Below are positions 24,085-39,219 of a DNA stretch of 64,000 nt, in pieces. The position numbers and the translations under genes are program-made. Each line of letters starts with the position of its first letter. Positions within the stretch are counted from its first letter, which is position 1. The DNA is from the human T2T-CHM13v2.0 reference genome, Homo sapiens: NCBI RefSeq assembly GCF_009914755.1, contig NC_060940.1. One strand, given 5' to 3'. Below the pieces are notes generated by a model, which saw only the letters and a list, made by a program, of their open reading frames with translations, did not search any database and had not been told where the DNA came from.

Positions 24085-24755
24085 GAGAGCTACAGCATAA
24101 AGGCTTCAGAGTCAAAGTTGAACTCCAGTTCTGCCATCCACGAGACAGGAAAGTTATACAACCTCCCTAAACCTCAATTTTCCCATTTTACGACAGGGAT
24201 GAGAACAGTGTCTCCCACATTAGGATACCCTATGTATTCTTTTCCTATTGGTCCCCAGCAATCACAAATCTAATTGGCAGGTAACAGTGAGCACTTGTTT
24301 AGTGCATGTGTCTGTAGTACAATGGGGTCCTTGATTTAGGCTGCACTCAGTCATGTGTCTGCAGGTCAGCTGGCCCTCAAGTGAGGAGGCTCAGCTTTGG
24401 AGGGAACTCTGGTCCCTGTGTCTCAAGTCCTCTGCTGGAGAATAGTAGCTAGTCAGAAATGTTCTCTTGGTGAAGGAGAAGTGCAAGAGAAACTTCTATT
24501 GTGCAAACGCCTTCAAGCCTTTAACCGCATCACACTCGCTGCCGGTTAACATTCCTTAACCAAAGCAAGTCTCACAGACACACCCGCAGTGGAGGGGACA
24601 CTCACAGCCAACGGGTAGGAAAGTACACTCTGCCCATGGAGGTGGAGAAGGAGCAAATACTCCTCTATGGTGATCTACCACACACTAAGAGTTGTGCAAG
24701 ATAATGAGTGTTAAGTTCCTGGTATGTGATAGGCACTCAGTAAATGTTAGCTAAA
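24085..24755 (+). mobile_element. MIR split by an MLT1 LTR
   Basis: AACCTCCCTAAACCTCAATTTTCCCAT on the left of the LTR and GGCACTCAGTAAATGTTAGCT on the right. Confidence 0.6.
24233..24682 (-). mobile_element. MLT1 (F/G/H-like) solo LTR
   Basis: TG...CA termini (TGTATT...ATCTACCACA), GCAGGTCAGCTGG, GGAAAGTACACTCTGCCC; 5-bp TSD CCCTA/CACTA. Confidence 0.7.
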
Positions 24756-25056
24756 GTTGAGAATTACTAATTTTTCTGTAAGACCCTGTGCCTGCCACAA
24801 TAATATGAAAGTAATGAATAGTTTTATGTTAACAAAAGCTAAAAGCCCCCAGGTCATCCTTAAATGAATGTATATCCTGATTCAGGAATGCCGTGATTTT
24901 AAGAATACATTAGTGACTGCTTGTCATTTACACATCTCTTAATTTAGCTGAAATGGAATACGGGAAACATAGCCTCTTTAAATCCAGGTTAAGTACATTT
25001 CCATTGCAGGGAGCAAGGTCGGTGCTGTTCATCTAGGTATTTTAAAATGTGGTTCC

Positions 25057-25322
25057 AAACACTGCATGTTCTCACTTATAAGTGGGGGCTAAATGATGAG
25101 GACTCATGGACCCATAGAGGGGAACAACACACACTGGGGCCTATCAGAGGGTGGAGGGTGGGAGTAGGGAGAGGATCAGGAAAAATAACTAATGAGTACT
25201 AGGCTTAATACCTGGGTGATGAAAAAATCTGTAAGACAAACTCCCATGACACAAGTTTACCCAAATAACAAACCTGCACATGTACCTCTGAACCTAAAAT
25301 AAAAGTTAACCTTAAAAAAATA
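25057..25322 (+). mobile_element. L1PA (about PA13-16) 3' end
   Basis: GCATGTTCTCACTTATAAGTGGG...GGAGAGGATCAGGAAAAATAACTAATG...AAATAAAAGTT; TSD AAAATGTGGTTC/AGAATATGGTTC. Confidence 0.93.
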
Positions 25323-26849
25323 GAATATGGTTCTGGAAGGAAGAATAACCGCTGATTTTAGGAAGAACTGTGAATGAAGGCAAAGACTTCAGAGGGAGAT
25401 GGCTCTCAGTTTTGAGCCTTGGTTTCTTTATCAGTTAGGGATATTACCAGCTCTCTGATAGGGTCCCTGTGATGTTTAGAAAAGGGTCTACAAACCATTA
25501 ACACAGTGAGTGGCACATGAACGGCTTTGCAAATTCTTGCTGCCTTTCCTACCTACTGCTCACTCCCTTCCTTGTTCATAAAGGACCGTGCTGTTGGCCA
25601 TTTTGTCGTCAGCTCTTCTAGTAGGATGCCCTATGTGGGTATCAGAATACATTTGTGCAGAATCTTCTAGCTGAGTCCCTTCATATCTTTCCAGTCATTT
25701 GGGGGAAAAGGTAGGATCTGAATGAACAGAGACTTTCACGCTTACACTTGCTGGCTTAGCTGAATTAGGGGTAGCATTACTTAATTTCACCCATCACAGA
25801 TGGTTTTACCTGTCATCTCAGCCATGAGCCACCTTCCTTCCAGAACTAGGCATTTCTTCTTTATGGTGAGTGAACTTAGTTTTTGACCTTCCTTTTTATA
25901 AAACACTAATAGTTGCTTATAGGAAATTCAAGTACTGCAGATAAGCACCAAGAAAATTAGAGTTGCATGTTATTCATCATCCAGAGATAATGTGAATTAG
26001 CATTATCATTAATTGATTTTTCTGTATGTCTAGGCAGAGATATATCAGGGAAAATGCTATTTATAACAGTTGCCTTTTTGAGTAATCATTTAGCTGTCAT
26101 CTATTTGTAATCTGTATGTATATCCTACCTATATACATAACAAGGCAAATGTTGCTATGTATAGCCAACAGCCATCGCCCAAGAAAGGCGGGTAGCACCA
26201 TCTTGTTCTAGGAGAGGTCCCTTTGTCTGTGGAATCCCAGATAGGTTTGATTTTGCAAGACTGAGAGTGGGAGCCAGGGAATACAGCACTGCTCTGCATA
26301 ATAGAGGGAGGGAAAAGTAGTGTTCCAGGAATAGGACTGATAGGAGAGGGAGGGGAAGAGAGAAATGGGAGAGGGAAAGGAAGGAATCAATGCTGAAAGG
26401 AACAGAAAGCTGGGGGTTAGGTGGTATCACCACCAACCTTCAGCTAAGTTGACTACATTTTTAAATGTTTTTGCAAGGGTGGGTTTGTTTCCATTCCCCT
26501 CTTTTTTCCCTTCTCTTCATTGTCTTTTTCTTTCCTTCTTTTCTTTCTATTGGATGAACCCTGAAAGTGGTGCAATAGAGAATAAATAAGATAGGAGGAG
26601 CCTGGAGGACAATAAGAACAAAATCTACCTGAGAATTTGCAGGAACCTGGGGACATCACTAGACTTCCAAGGGCCATAGAAATTGGAGCTTTATACCAAT
26701 TTTACTTACATCACCAAGGAGAAAGCATTTTTCCAGCTATCTGAATTCTCTGTCTTTCTCTCTGACTTCCCACATTGTATATCAACTGTTTATATGTTTT
26801 GTAGTTTTTTAATATAGCTATATATTATGAAAATTTCCTTCTTCATAGG

Positions 26850-27420
26850 CTTCTTTCTTTAAAAAAAAAAAGAGCCTGTAAGAATAATGAAAGGGCTGAA
26901 GAATAAAATCATTGAATGGGTACCAGATTTATTTTTATGTATTTTTTATTTTTGGCACAGTCCCAATTGCTGAGCTTTTTCTTGTGCTATCTCTGATTTT
27001 CCACCATAACAAACCGACAGTGATGAGCAACATTGTGTCTATATCTTAAGCACACCCAGGACTTTCTGGAGTCAGTTCCTACAAGTGGAAATACTTGAAT
27101 AAAGGTTATACAAATGTTTAAGCCTTTTGATACACATTGTTAAATGATCTCTTCAGAAAGGTTAAACCAATTTACACTCTCAACAGTAGTGTTTAAGAGA
27201 CTCTTTCTCTAAATCTCCTTTAATAATGAAGAGAAGCATTATAAAATCCTTTCCAATTGCCATTTTTATAAAAAATAGAACCTATTTGTTTTGCACGTAT
27301 TTGGTAACTCTAAGAATCCCTCCCCCTTTTTTTCCCATAGGGTTTTGAACCAGTTGTGTTTCCTCTGGGAAAATCTGCTTCTTCATGTCTTTCAAGCCTT
27401 TTATTGATTTTCGAGAGAAG
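26850..27420 (-). mobile_element. Ancient L1ME-type fragment
   Basis: TTCCTACAAGTGGAAATACTTG...CAGAAAGGTTAAACCAATTTACACTCTCAACAGTAGTGT. Confidence 0.6.
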
Positions 27421-28121
27421 TATCTTTATGTTTTGTTTTTAAAATTCAAATGTGGTGTTTCTAAATGGTATGTGAAGCATGATTTCACTTAGTAGACATT
27501 TGTGGATTAGCCATTAGGTGAAAAATAACACTGAAGAGTAAAACAAATGCTTTTTTTGCTGTTCCTGGGAGCGTGGGATGCTTATATTAATTGTTTACTG
27601 GTGACCATGGATGCTGACACAATGATTAAATGCTTTAAAGCCAGCTTAATGATATAAAGCCATTTCTTCATTTGTGTCTTCTAAGTGAAATCCTTCCTAA
27701 GTGAACCACAAGAGTTTCCTGCTTCATCGCCTCAGCTGCAGCCTCAGCTGCTGTGATTACACTTACCTTGTCTCTGCTTTAGTTAGTTTTTATCCCCTCC
27801 CTCCAAGAAAGTAAACTACCTGAAGGCAAAGACTAAGAGTATATACCCCAGGGACGGGGATCATAACTATGTACACAGCAGACACTGAGCAAGCATTTAG
27901 AGGAGTGCATTTTACCATTAGACTCTTGAAGGACGTCATACTGAATTTTCAGAATTTTTTATGTACCCAGGGCATTTTATGTGAACGTATTTACCAGGGA
28001 GGGTCATGCTGTGTATGACCTTTATGTCATTCTACCAAAGAATCAGGCACCAAGACAGCTGCAGTTTCTCTGGCTACTCTGTTTCCTTCTTTTAGGGAAC
28101 TTAGGACACTGGGTGATTCTT

Positions 28122-29221
<1,100 letters not shown>

Positions 29222-30689
29222 CACTGGGTGATTCTTAAAGAGAGTCTTCAAGGAAAATGCAAAAGCTCTACAGTATTTGGGTGGTGAGACAGAAAGTGGA
29301 GAAGGATATTGTGTTCTAGCACACTGCAAACATGGTTACTGAATTTGAAATTCAGAAGGAAGAGAAGGGATTTATTTTCCAGCTCAGAATTGCAGGTAGA
29401 GCCTAGCTATGAGAACTCCTATTTCTTACATCATCAAAAAGGAGGAAGGAGCTGGTTCTCCTTTGAGAGATTTTTGTTTGTTTCCCCCATATCTCCATTC
29501 ATTTATTCGTTCATTCAAAACTTTAAATTTTAAGCTTTTCCTCCATTGACTTGAAGTAAGTGGAAATATAACTTATAAGGAAAGTGGAAAACAAATTACA
29601 TTCACCACTCTGTGCTTGCTCATTACAAGTAAAGGTTACACATCTGGCTGGGGCAGAGGTCTTCAACTGACAGTTCCTAGGCCTTTTGTACTTTGCTGTC
29701 TTTTTGCTGTTTCATGTTGGAATTCATCGTCAGCACTGAAGTATCTGGAAATTTTGCACAGATCTTTATATTTCTGGCTTTTCATTAAAAGTTGGAAGAT
29801 CTGACAAAGCTTGTCCATCATCCAATATAACAGCAATCTGTTGAGCTTTGGTAGTTGTTAAATGTTTTGGGTGTAGCCTGAGTGTTTCAGTTAACCTGCT
29901 TTACTCATTGGTGTCAGCTACTTGTCCTAGACGTAACCTTTTTCATTTACATCCTTTTTTTTTTTTTTTAAATTTGAGTCACCCAACGCTAAAGGTATTT
30001 AGGTTGGCTATTATTATTTCCACTTTTGATGGCATTAGGTATCTCTGGGCTAATGTTACATAGTAACGTCAGATCTGGGATGTGAACGTGGTACCTAAAT
30101 TCAGACCAAGTGATCTTTCCCTAACTCATATGACCTACCCATATTTGGCAGAGCCGTTATCTTAGAGCCTCCAAAAATGCATGTGTGTAATCACACACAT
30201 TTTGTAAATTTTGTAAATAAGCATGCACATATGTTAAAGGAAGTTCAGCATCTTGAGCCTCTGATAATAAGCCCTTCTGGGTAAATGAGTGTTCTGCATC
30301 TTTTCCATCTTTTTCATTTACGCTCTTATAATTACCTTTAAACACAGCATCACTGGACACAGCAAACATATCTAGGTCAATCTGTTTGCATTTTGATGGC
30401 TCCGCTGGATAAAATCTCTTCTCCACTTTCTTGTTTCTTTGGAAGAAGCAGAGACCAAGACAAAAGAACCTGTGGTTCATAGTGGCTTCACCATTCACAG
30501 GTATTCTCCTGGGGGTCAAATCAACAAATCATTCTGTCAGTTCTGTGGAGCTATTCAGAAATTCGTGTTGATGTCAGTGGCAACAAGGAAGAGCGGAGAC
30601 ATGTCAGGCTTTGGTTTCTGGTTCATTTTCACTCTAACTGCTTTGCATGGTGTTCTCCGGCTTGACAACCCCTCAACCTCTTCCTTGTC

Positions 30690-31155
30690 CTTAGGGTAAA
30701 GTCTGAGTTCCCAACGAGACTTCAGGATCAATCCTCTGCCTATCTATACATCATTGACCTTGTCATCACTTCCTTTCTAACCATCTGCAAAACATTAAAT
30801 GCACTCTCACCTCTGAGTCATTTCTGGATGTCTCCTCTGTCTGAATGCTCTCATTTCCAGCCTCTTTTCCTTTTTCTGTTCAGCTCATTTCTACATGACC
30901 ATCTTGCCTATGCTTTGACATCACTTCTCCTTACCCTACTTCTCAGGTGGCCTAGAAACCCCTACTCCATCACCACATAGTATTCTGTGTCGATCTATGG
31001 AGCCTCTCGTTACTTACCTTGCTGCCTCCTTGTGACTGGGAGTTCATGATGGGAAGGAATCTTTTCCTTGTGTCTCCAACACTGAGTCCAAGGTCTGCAC
31101 ATGAGAGCTCTTGAGAAATGCATATTGGAGGATTTAATATTTTGTTCGTTCATTA
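30690..31155 (+). mobile_element. Degraded L2
   Basis: GACATCACTTCTCC...GACTGGGAGTTCATGATGGGAAGGAATC. Confidence 0.5.
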
Positions 31156-31284
31156 CCTGAATCTGAAGAGTCTTTATATAGGAGCTCTCTTGTATCTAGA
31201 AAGGGGACTATTACAGTGTGAGACAGCAAAGGAAGAATTGCCTTGAAAATACGTTATGGTGTTAGCAGGGATGGAAAGTGTAAA

Positions 31285-31530
31285 TCCTCCTAACATGTTT
31301 TTGAGAGTTTACTTCACTTTGGGCATTGTGTTGTTGTGCTAAGAATGCCCTTTACTTCCACCTGTTATTTTAATTCTCACATCAACCCTGTGACCCCCTT
31401 GTTTGTCAATGAGAAGACCAATGAGAAAAGAAATGAAATAGTTTGCCTGAAATCACACAGTTCATTGTTGGAGAAACAAGGATCCCAGAAGGAGCTGTTT
31501 GGCAGCAAGGACTCATAGTATTAACCACTC
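31285..31530 (-). mobile_element. MIR
   Basis: TTTAATTCTCACATCAACCCTGTGA...AATGAGAAGACC...TTGCCTGAAATCACACAG. Confidence 0.65.
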
Positions 31531-32574
31531 CATAAAGAAATTCTTGACTCATTTGCCTTTAGCCCTTTTCTTGGATTACTAATTCAGCAGGAAGACCAAC
31601 CCTGGGCTCCTTAGGTTAATCGGGTTTATTGGATTATCTAGCACATTTCTTAGATTATCCAAGCTGGAATCTCCATTGCCAAGATATCACTGGCCTGATT
31701 AAACAAGCTGCGGTCTCTAAAGACTCCAAATGTCATGTTCCTGTCTCTCTCTCTCTCTTTTTTTTTATCAATATATGCCCATTTTAGGTGTTATTTTATT
31801 ATTTCTCTAACTGTACCAACTCATCATTGTGTTCCAAAGGACCTCCCAGGTATATAATCCTCTCTGTTGCTACTTAAAAGAGGAAAAATTTTTCTTTTCA
31901 ATCCTGTCTTCTGATTGGAGGTGAAAGCCATTCAAATCTAAGTTAGAAAGACATTCACAAGCCATTTTTGCAATTGTTATTATCCTAAAACTAAATTATA
32001 GGCATTACGTCTCTGAAGCATTATTGCTCATACCTAGAAGGGTGCTTTATGTTGTATTTCATACAATGATGAACAAGAAGAAAAAGACTGGAAGTTTAGA
32101 ATGAGTGATTTTGGTCTGAAATAGGTATGAATTTTTCAAGAATGTGGTCACTGCATTTTGTACCATCATTTCTCTAGACATTTCAAATTTCAATTCACTC
32201 ATTAATGGCTCAACCGTTAATAAGAAGGTGTTTTCCACAGTTTTCTTGAGTTTTATTTGCTGTTGTGTCCTGAGTGTGCATAATTTTGGAACTTTATAAC
32301 AGTAGTGTTTTTAATATTTTATTCATAATATTAACGTTAGCTGTTATTTAGGGAGTATCCCCAATGTGCCAAAAATAACCCCATCTCCGATCTTTGCAAC
32401 ACTGTTGAAAAATAGAAAGATAGTTTCTATTTTAGACAATGAGGCTGAGGGTAGAGATATGACTTGCTTAGTGATAAACAGCTGGTTAAAGCCTGAGACT
32501 TAATAGGAACCAAAAATTGCCTGACCTTAAACTCTGTGCTATTTCCATTCTATCACACTGCTGTGGAAACTTTG

Positions 32575-33325
32575 AGTACAAAAAGATTTCGTTAAAAGGA
32601 TGTTAATTGCAGAGTTGTAATAATAGTGACTACTTGGTAACAATATAAGTATCCACTGATAGGGGATTGGTTTAATAACATTTTGTTATATCCACATAAT
32701 GCAACATTATTTAATGTTTAAACATGCACTTTAAAAATAAGTGAATATGTATTGCCATGGCAAGATGTCCAGCTTATATTTAGTGTAAAAGAGATTGAAA
32801 AAGAATTTGCACCACATTATCTATTTTTAAAGCATGTTTATATTTGTGCATGCATGGGCGTATCCCTAAGCAAGGTCTGGACCAGCACTGTTCAGTAGAA
32901 ATATAATGCAAGTCACATATGCAAAGTAATTTTTTTAGTGGTTGAATTAAAAAAATAAATGCATGAAATGTTTGTTTTAATAAATTTTACTTAATATATC
33001 CAACATATTTCAATATATAATCAATATAGAAATATTAACAATATATTTTACATTTTTTTGTGCTAAATCTTCAATGTACATTTTTATACTGACAGCACGT
33101 CTCATTTCAGATCAGTCACATTTCATGTGTTCAATAGCCACATATGGCTTTCCGTTACCTTATTGGATAGCACTAGTCTAGAGGAAATATAATAAGATCA
33201 TAAAGTGTTCACTTTGGGATGGGGTGATTATGTGTGTTGGTGTTAGTTTATTGTCTCCTTTTGTCTTATTTGCATTTCCCAAATTTCCATAATGAATACA
33301 TACTGCCTTTGTAATTTGGAATTAA
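32575..33325 (+). mobile_element. Ancient L1ME-type 3' fragment split by MER33
   Basis: AGGATGTTAATTGCAGAGTTG...AAGTATCCACTGATAGGGGATTGGTTTAATAA. Confidence 0.6.
32883..33175. mobile_element. MER33 hAT-Charlie element
   Basis: CAGCACTGTTCAGTAGAAATATAATGCAAGTCACATATG...AATAGCCACATATGGC...ATTGGATAGCAC; 8-bp TSD GTCTGGAC/GTCTAGAG. Confidence 0.85.
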
Positions 33326-36300
33326 AATACACTGTTAAAGTCATCATTCATTTTTAATAGGGAGTGGTGAGCTTCTAAAATGCACTGTTAAAAATAAATA
33401 CATAGAATGTAAATCCGTGACCTATTTTCAGTCGAGGCGAGAAGCTGGAGATGGTATGAGGTTGGCTCTCCTCTTTACTCCCTTGCCTTCCAGCTCTGTA
33501 ACCCCTGCTCCCAAAAGCCAGGCCTCTGGGGTTCTGATGAGGGGAGAGGTTAAGCCTCACCTCCACAGTCAGCGAGCAGATCTCTGATGAAGCCACCATT
33601 CCTACCAGAAGTTCTGAGGTTTGGCCTCAGATTCATTTTCAATCTCTTTGAAAGACAAAGGCGGCTGTCATGGGAGAAGCCTACACTAGTTTGTCTCAAT
33701 CTTTTATGGCATTATTGCTGACCTTTCACCAAGGAGCCTTTTTAGACCTTTTTTCCCTTCCTAATCACCATTCCCCTTCCCTCATTAAATTTTAATACCA
33801 CACATACACTGTATGTCTGTTTATACCATGTAAACTGTGTGTGCGTTGATGTATGGTGGCCTTCTGGATGGCCACAAACCAAAGTCATATCTAAAATTTC
33901 TTACCCTCTTGTAACTAAGAATCCATTTCCACCCCTTTAGGGTAAATAATCGCTCCCTGTCTCATTGAGAAGGACGCCCAGGGCCATGTTCACTGGTGCC
34001 AAATGTCAGTAATACGGTTGTCCTGTGAGTTGCATTTAACTTCGAATCTTGGACCAGTCACCAGCTCTCTCACCGTTCTACGCACACATCTTTGCCTTTG
34101 TGGATACCTGTCACTTCCCTATCCCCACTAGGGCATCTGAAAGTCCATCACACCCGGGAAACCTACCCAAGTCTCTCTCCCTGACCACATGGGAAACAGC
34201 CTTTCTGTTTCTCCTGTGGCATGTGTCATGGCTGGCATTCTCTGTTACTCGTTCTGATCCTGTCTCCTCTCCCCCTCTGATCCGACCCTCCTGGAGAATG
34301 GGATGCTGTATAATTTCATTTCCCGTGTGTGTCTAGAGCCGGGCTTTGCATGCCATCGTCCTTCAGTGAACAGTTGTGAAACTGAACGAAATTGCCTTCG
34401 GAAAACCCTTTCCGGTCCAACTGTTTCTCTATCAGAAAATCTCATTAAGACTTAATCGCTAACATCTTCCCATCCCCGGGGTCATGCTGTAATCCCCAGC
34501 TGAGAGTGCGATCCCTGACTGGGAGGAAGTGAGAGTATCATTTCTTTCCCAGAACCCACACGCTTCCTGTGTATTTCCCACCACCCAAAGGTCACCACCT
34601 GGGGTAAAATTACATGCAACCTCATGAGACTTGCTGCCCCTCTATCTTCCCTCTTTTATTTCTGAAGTCACTGTAGGGAAAATGTACTGATTGCAAACTG
34701 AAATAGCAGCCACTGGGAGCTGGACTGGTATGGCTGTCAGCCATACCCCCCGGGTTTCACCTGCTTAATGAGCCGGTAGCCCATGCTTTATCCAGTAGAG
34801 ACCTCACTGTCTCCCATTCCAGCCCACCGTTGCCCACCCTTGCTTATCCACACCTACCAAGAGCCCCTTCCCGAGAACTGCTCTTCCAAAGTGAGATTGT
34901 ACTCCCAACCCTCCTCTGTAGCCATCCTTGGGTCCAGTGTTTATTTCTTTGTGGCCAGGAAATCTCTCCCTTGCTCTGTTCTGCATAGATGTTGCCTGTG
35001 TTAGAATTTCAGTAGAACTCTGCAGATTTGAATGGAAGATTTGAGGGCTGCAAGAGCTATCATCGTTGATAGCAAGCATTTAGCTAAGGAAATTAAATTG
35101 GAAGTCCTTGCATTCTGGCTGGATTCTGTTACTCTTTGGGCAGGGAATGATTTGGTTTCAAGGAGATTCCATCTTCGTATCTCCTGCTTTCAAGGGAGGA
35201 AAGGGGGAAAGAAAGCTGAACAGAGCCTAATGAAGGAATTCTGTATCGACACAACTCTGACATTTGAGATGTTCAATGTAATCAGCACAACTGGTAGCTT
35301 TAGGCATTGATCACTGTGCTGAAATATAAAATTCAGTTGGCCATATTCTGTTCATGAAAATGCCTTTTCATAATTCACTGCTTCCAGAGGTACCAGCGAT
35401 AATTTCTTGACTATTTTATTCTGGAGAGCTTTAGGTATGGTTAACAATGTGCCATGTACAGAGAGGCATGTATGCACACCATAAAGATCTTAAATGCATT
35501 TTCAGTTCAGTGTCCTTCTTATTAATTATTCTAGTCACTTTAATTTATTCAGCCTCCGTATTTTATACATTAAAATGAGTGAAAATGATAAGAAATATTA
35601 ATGGTTGTAATTATTGACTGTATATTTGAGATTCATGTCTAAATACACTTAACTTGGGAAGATTTGACATTCTGTTTCACTGTGTGCATTATTTGCCTGT
35701 TTCATCTTCTATATTCTCCTAAACCCTCTCTCTCTCTCTGTCAAGGGGGGAGGCGAATTACTGCAAGTAGATTATGAAATATTGTTGTACATGCACGTAA
35801 AAATATATCAGTACTGGCACATCTGTAATTTACTCATAAGTATGAGATTCATATTAGAGATCTATATATCATATAAGCAAAATAATATCCATCCTGTACT
35901 ATATTATTTTACTAACATGATGGCTGAATTTCAAATGAACTGCAAAGGTCATGGTTGCTGTTCTATTAGAGCCATTTAATCTCATTTGTCTCCCCATTAC
36001 TAACCTCAACTTTATTAGTTGCTGCAACTACTGCTGATTTTGAACCGAGAAAGGGTTCCTCTAACTGATGTCATTTCATGCTTTGAATTTACAAGTAAGA
36101 GACCCTGATTTAAAATTATTAGGGCTCCTGGGAAAGGAGAACATTAAAAGTTTGCAGTGGTCCTCTGGTTTCCCATAAGGTGAAGTTTTTAGATGGAAGA
36201 AAGATGGGTCCTGTTTCACCTATGACATATTGCATACCTTTCCAAGCCCTTGTATTCCCTCACCTCTTGCCCCTCTTCAAACTAGTGATCACGTCTACCT

Positions 36301-38409
36301 TTGAGAAAACTAGTAGCTAAAATGAAACAAAGCTACTTTATGAAAAGTCCATGAGAAGCAATTTAACCTGGTTGACCATCTCCATCAATCTGTCACCTGG
36401 AGAGAAGCTGTTGACACCACATGACCTCTCCTCCACCATCACGCTATGAAGTTATCACTTGAGTAAGGGCTTTCTCTTTGATGCTATACAATTAAACTGA
36501 AGGAAGGAAGGCTTTCGCTAGTAGGAAAGCAACTGCAAAGAGAGGCTTAAACCCTATGGAAACACCTTCCCCTCTCAGGCACACACATGCAAATTATCTT
36601 TAACCAAAAGCGAATGGGTTCCAGTCGTTCAGCACACATCACATATAAGATATTCCTAGGGCAGGAACTTTTTTTTTAATGAGTGAGACCCCTGTAGAGT
36701 TCATGCCATTGCATAAAATATTGCAGCCATTTGCATTTAATGGTGATACAAATACTGCTTTGAACACTGGGAACATCATTTACTGAGAGAAACAGGAGAT
36801 AGTCAGTATAAATCTCCAATGTAAAAAAAAAAAGGATTAAGATAAAAAGTAGTTTAAACTCCAACACTTTCTCTGTATTTTTTATTATTTCTAATAAACA
36901 AGCCTATAGCTTTTGAAATTTTATCACTAACTTGAGAGGTGACTGTTTTCTGATGTTTATACATCACTCACTTAGTCATGAACTTGTAGTAACAATGCCA
37001 CATGCTTTATCAATAGCTGGTGAGTTAATTGGGAGGGAGGGAAATGTTTTCTTAAAAAACTACCTTTTCTCCAGAAAGGATAATTTTATGTGTGTGTAAT
37101 AAGAATCTAGTATACCTGGTGTATTAGGTGCTTAATATATTGTAGGCCCTTGGTAAATAATTCTGGGATAAATGAATGCCTGCCAATTTATACTGTCATT
37201 ATCCCTCCCCTCCCTGATTTAGTAATTTCAGGCTCAAGTAGTTGATCCCAATGCTTTTGTGCAATGTGTGGCTTGTCTTTTGTCATTGTTTATAAGCTCC
37301 ATAAGAACAGAGACTGTCTATTCACTGTTTTGTTTCTGTAAATATATAACCATATATTGTGTATATGGATCCTTAAGCATGAAGGCTTAGAGGAGATAAT
37401 GAATAACACTTTTATACAGAAATCAAACCAAGACTTTCATATCATTATGGAATCACATGCTTTTAGCGTAATTAAAGTTGTTGCATATAGAACAAATAAG
37501 ACTGCATTTTCTTTAGCTGTTAACTTGGACTTGCCAGATATCCAGACATGCTTCACTTTTGGTTTGAATTAACAGGTGAAATAATACAGTGTGTGTTTTG
37601 TTAAAATTTTATTAAACGCCGCTCTTAAAAATTAAGCAAGAAAATGAAAGAAAGAAACAAAAACAATTAACCAAAGATCACCCACAAAGCTCCCAAACTG
37701 TTTTGTTCTGGGTGCTAAGGCACTGTTTGATTTTTTTTTTCGTGCATATTGATGTACTCTTTCCCCGTTAACTGCTTCTAGTCTCCCTGGACCTCCAAGG
37801 CTGCATCTTCAGGGAATAACTCATCGCATCTCCATTATGTGTCATGTAGAGACGCTATGTAGGTAAGATAACAGAGTCTGGCTAAAGGGCACGTTTGGTG
37901 TTATATTCCATTAGTTTATTGATTTTTTTTTAAGTTTCTCTAATGTTCTAATGAGAATATTTTCCACTCAATCCTGAAGGAGTCCAAAGCTTTTTACGAA
38001 CTTCAGGATAGAACACACAGGGACTGATTCCCTAGGCTGCCGAACAGCAGGGTCCTTGGAAAGACCAAATGGAAAATTGCTTTTCTATGAACCCCAGGTG
38101 CAAGAGTTAGGGAACCCCTATCTAATTAAGAGCTGGGGGAGTTCTGATGCAGTCACTGGGGTTGGACCCATCATTACGGTGAATGCTAGGCTCTGGCCAA
38201 ACACCTACAGCCCCTTCAAGGGTCAAGAAAGTTCATGGCAAAAGATTTGAGTCACTTCAGGGGATGGTGGAAGTTTCTCCCAAGCCTACCTTGGCGTCTA
38301 TGACTCCACCTGAAAAATGGCCCAAAATGGACAATAAAGGAATTTGGAGGGACAATGGCATCAAGTCAGGACTTCCTCTGTAGGACACATATCCAAAGAG
38401 CCAACCCAC

Positions 38410-38610
38410 TAGAGCTCCAGCCGCAGTTCTTGCTTGTTTTGGCTGTGTGAATTTGGGTAAGTCACTTAGCTTCTCTGAGCCTTAGCTTTCAACTTTGTAG
38501 AATAGTTCTGAGCATTAAAGGAGACAGTATATGATGTATAAAGTGGAATTGATGAATGGCAGGTTCTCAATAAAAGTTGGCTTGTGGTTATATCATTATC
38601 ATCACTACTA
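38410..38610 (+). mobile_element. MIR
   Basis: GCTGTGTGAATTTGGGTAAGTCACTTAGCTTCTCTGAGCCTTAGC core. Confidence 0.75.
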
Positions 38611-39219
38611 CTGTCATGATGTCCAGACATCAAGGCAGCAGAATGTGTCCTCCATGTGTTAACCTGGGGCCCAGCCTCTATTTGGTGCCTAATAGTTAAA
38701 AGTTGGATGCTTGTTGAGTAAGTGAGTGTATGAGTCCCTTGTCGTCTCCCTGCCAAAGGGAACACTTGATCAGCATAGGAGATAACTAACGGCAGTAACT
38801 TTGCTCTGAGCTCTTGCTTCTTCATCAAACCGTGCTTTAAAGACTTCCCTGTGCAGAGGCAGTATAGAATGAGGCTCAGGAACTCAGGCTCTGTAGGCTC
38901 TCTCCACTCACCTCTTTATGTGTCTGACAGGATGCCAGTCCAAGCATCCTTTTCCTTATTGATAAAAATAGGCATCATGATAATAATAGTATCTACCTGA
39001 TAGGATGGTGAGGACAACAAAGTGAGATCACGAGAGCCTGACACTAAGAATCCCCTGGAGAGCTTTGAAAGCATTACTGATATCCAGACCCTCTCCCCAA
39101 AGTCTTGGATTCATTTGTTCAGGAGGCAAGGTTCCTTTGGGCATCAATAGTGTGAAAAGCCCTCCAAGTGATTCTAATTTAGAGCCTTTGCAAGTCACTA
39201 GTTAAGGGGTGGTAGGGTG

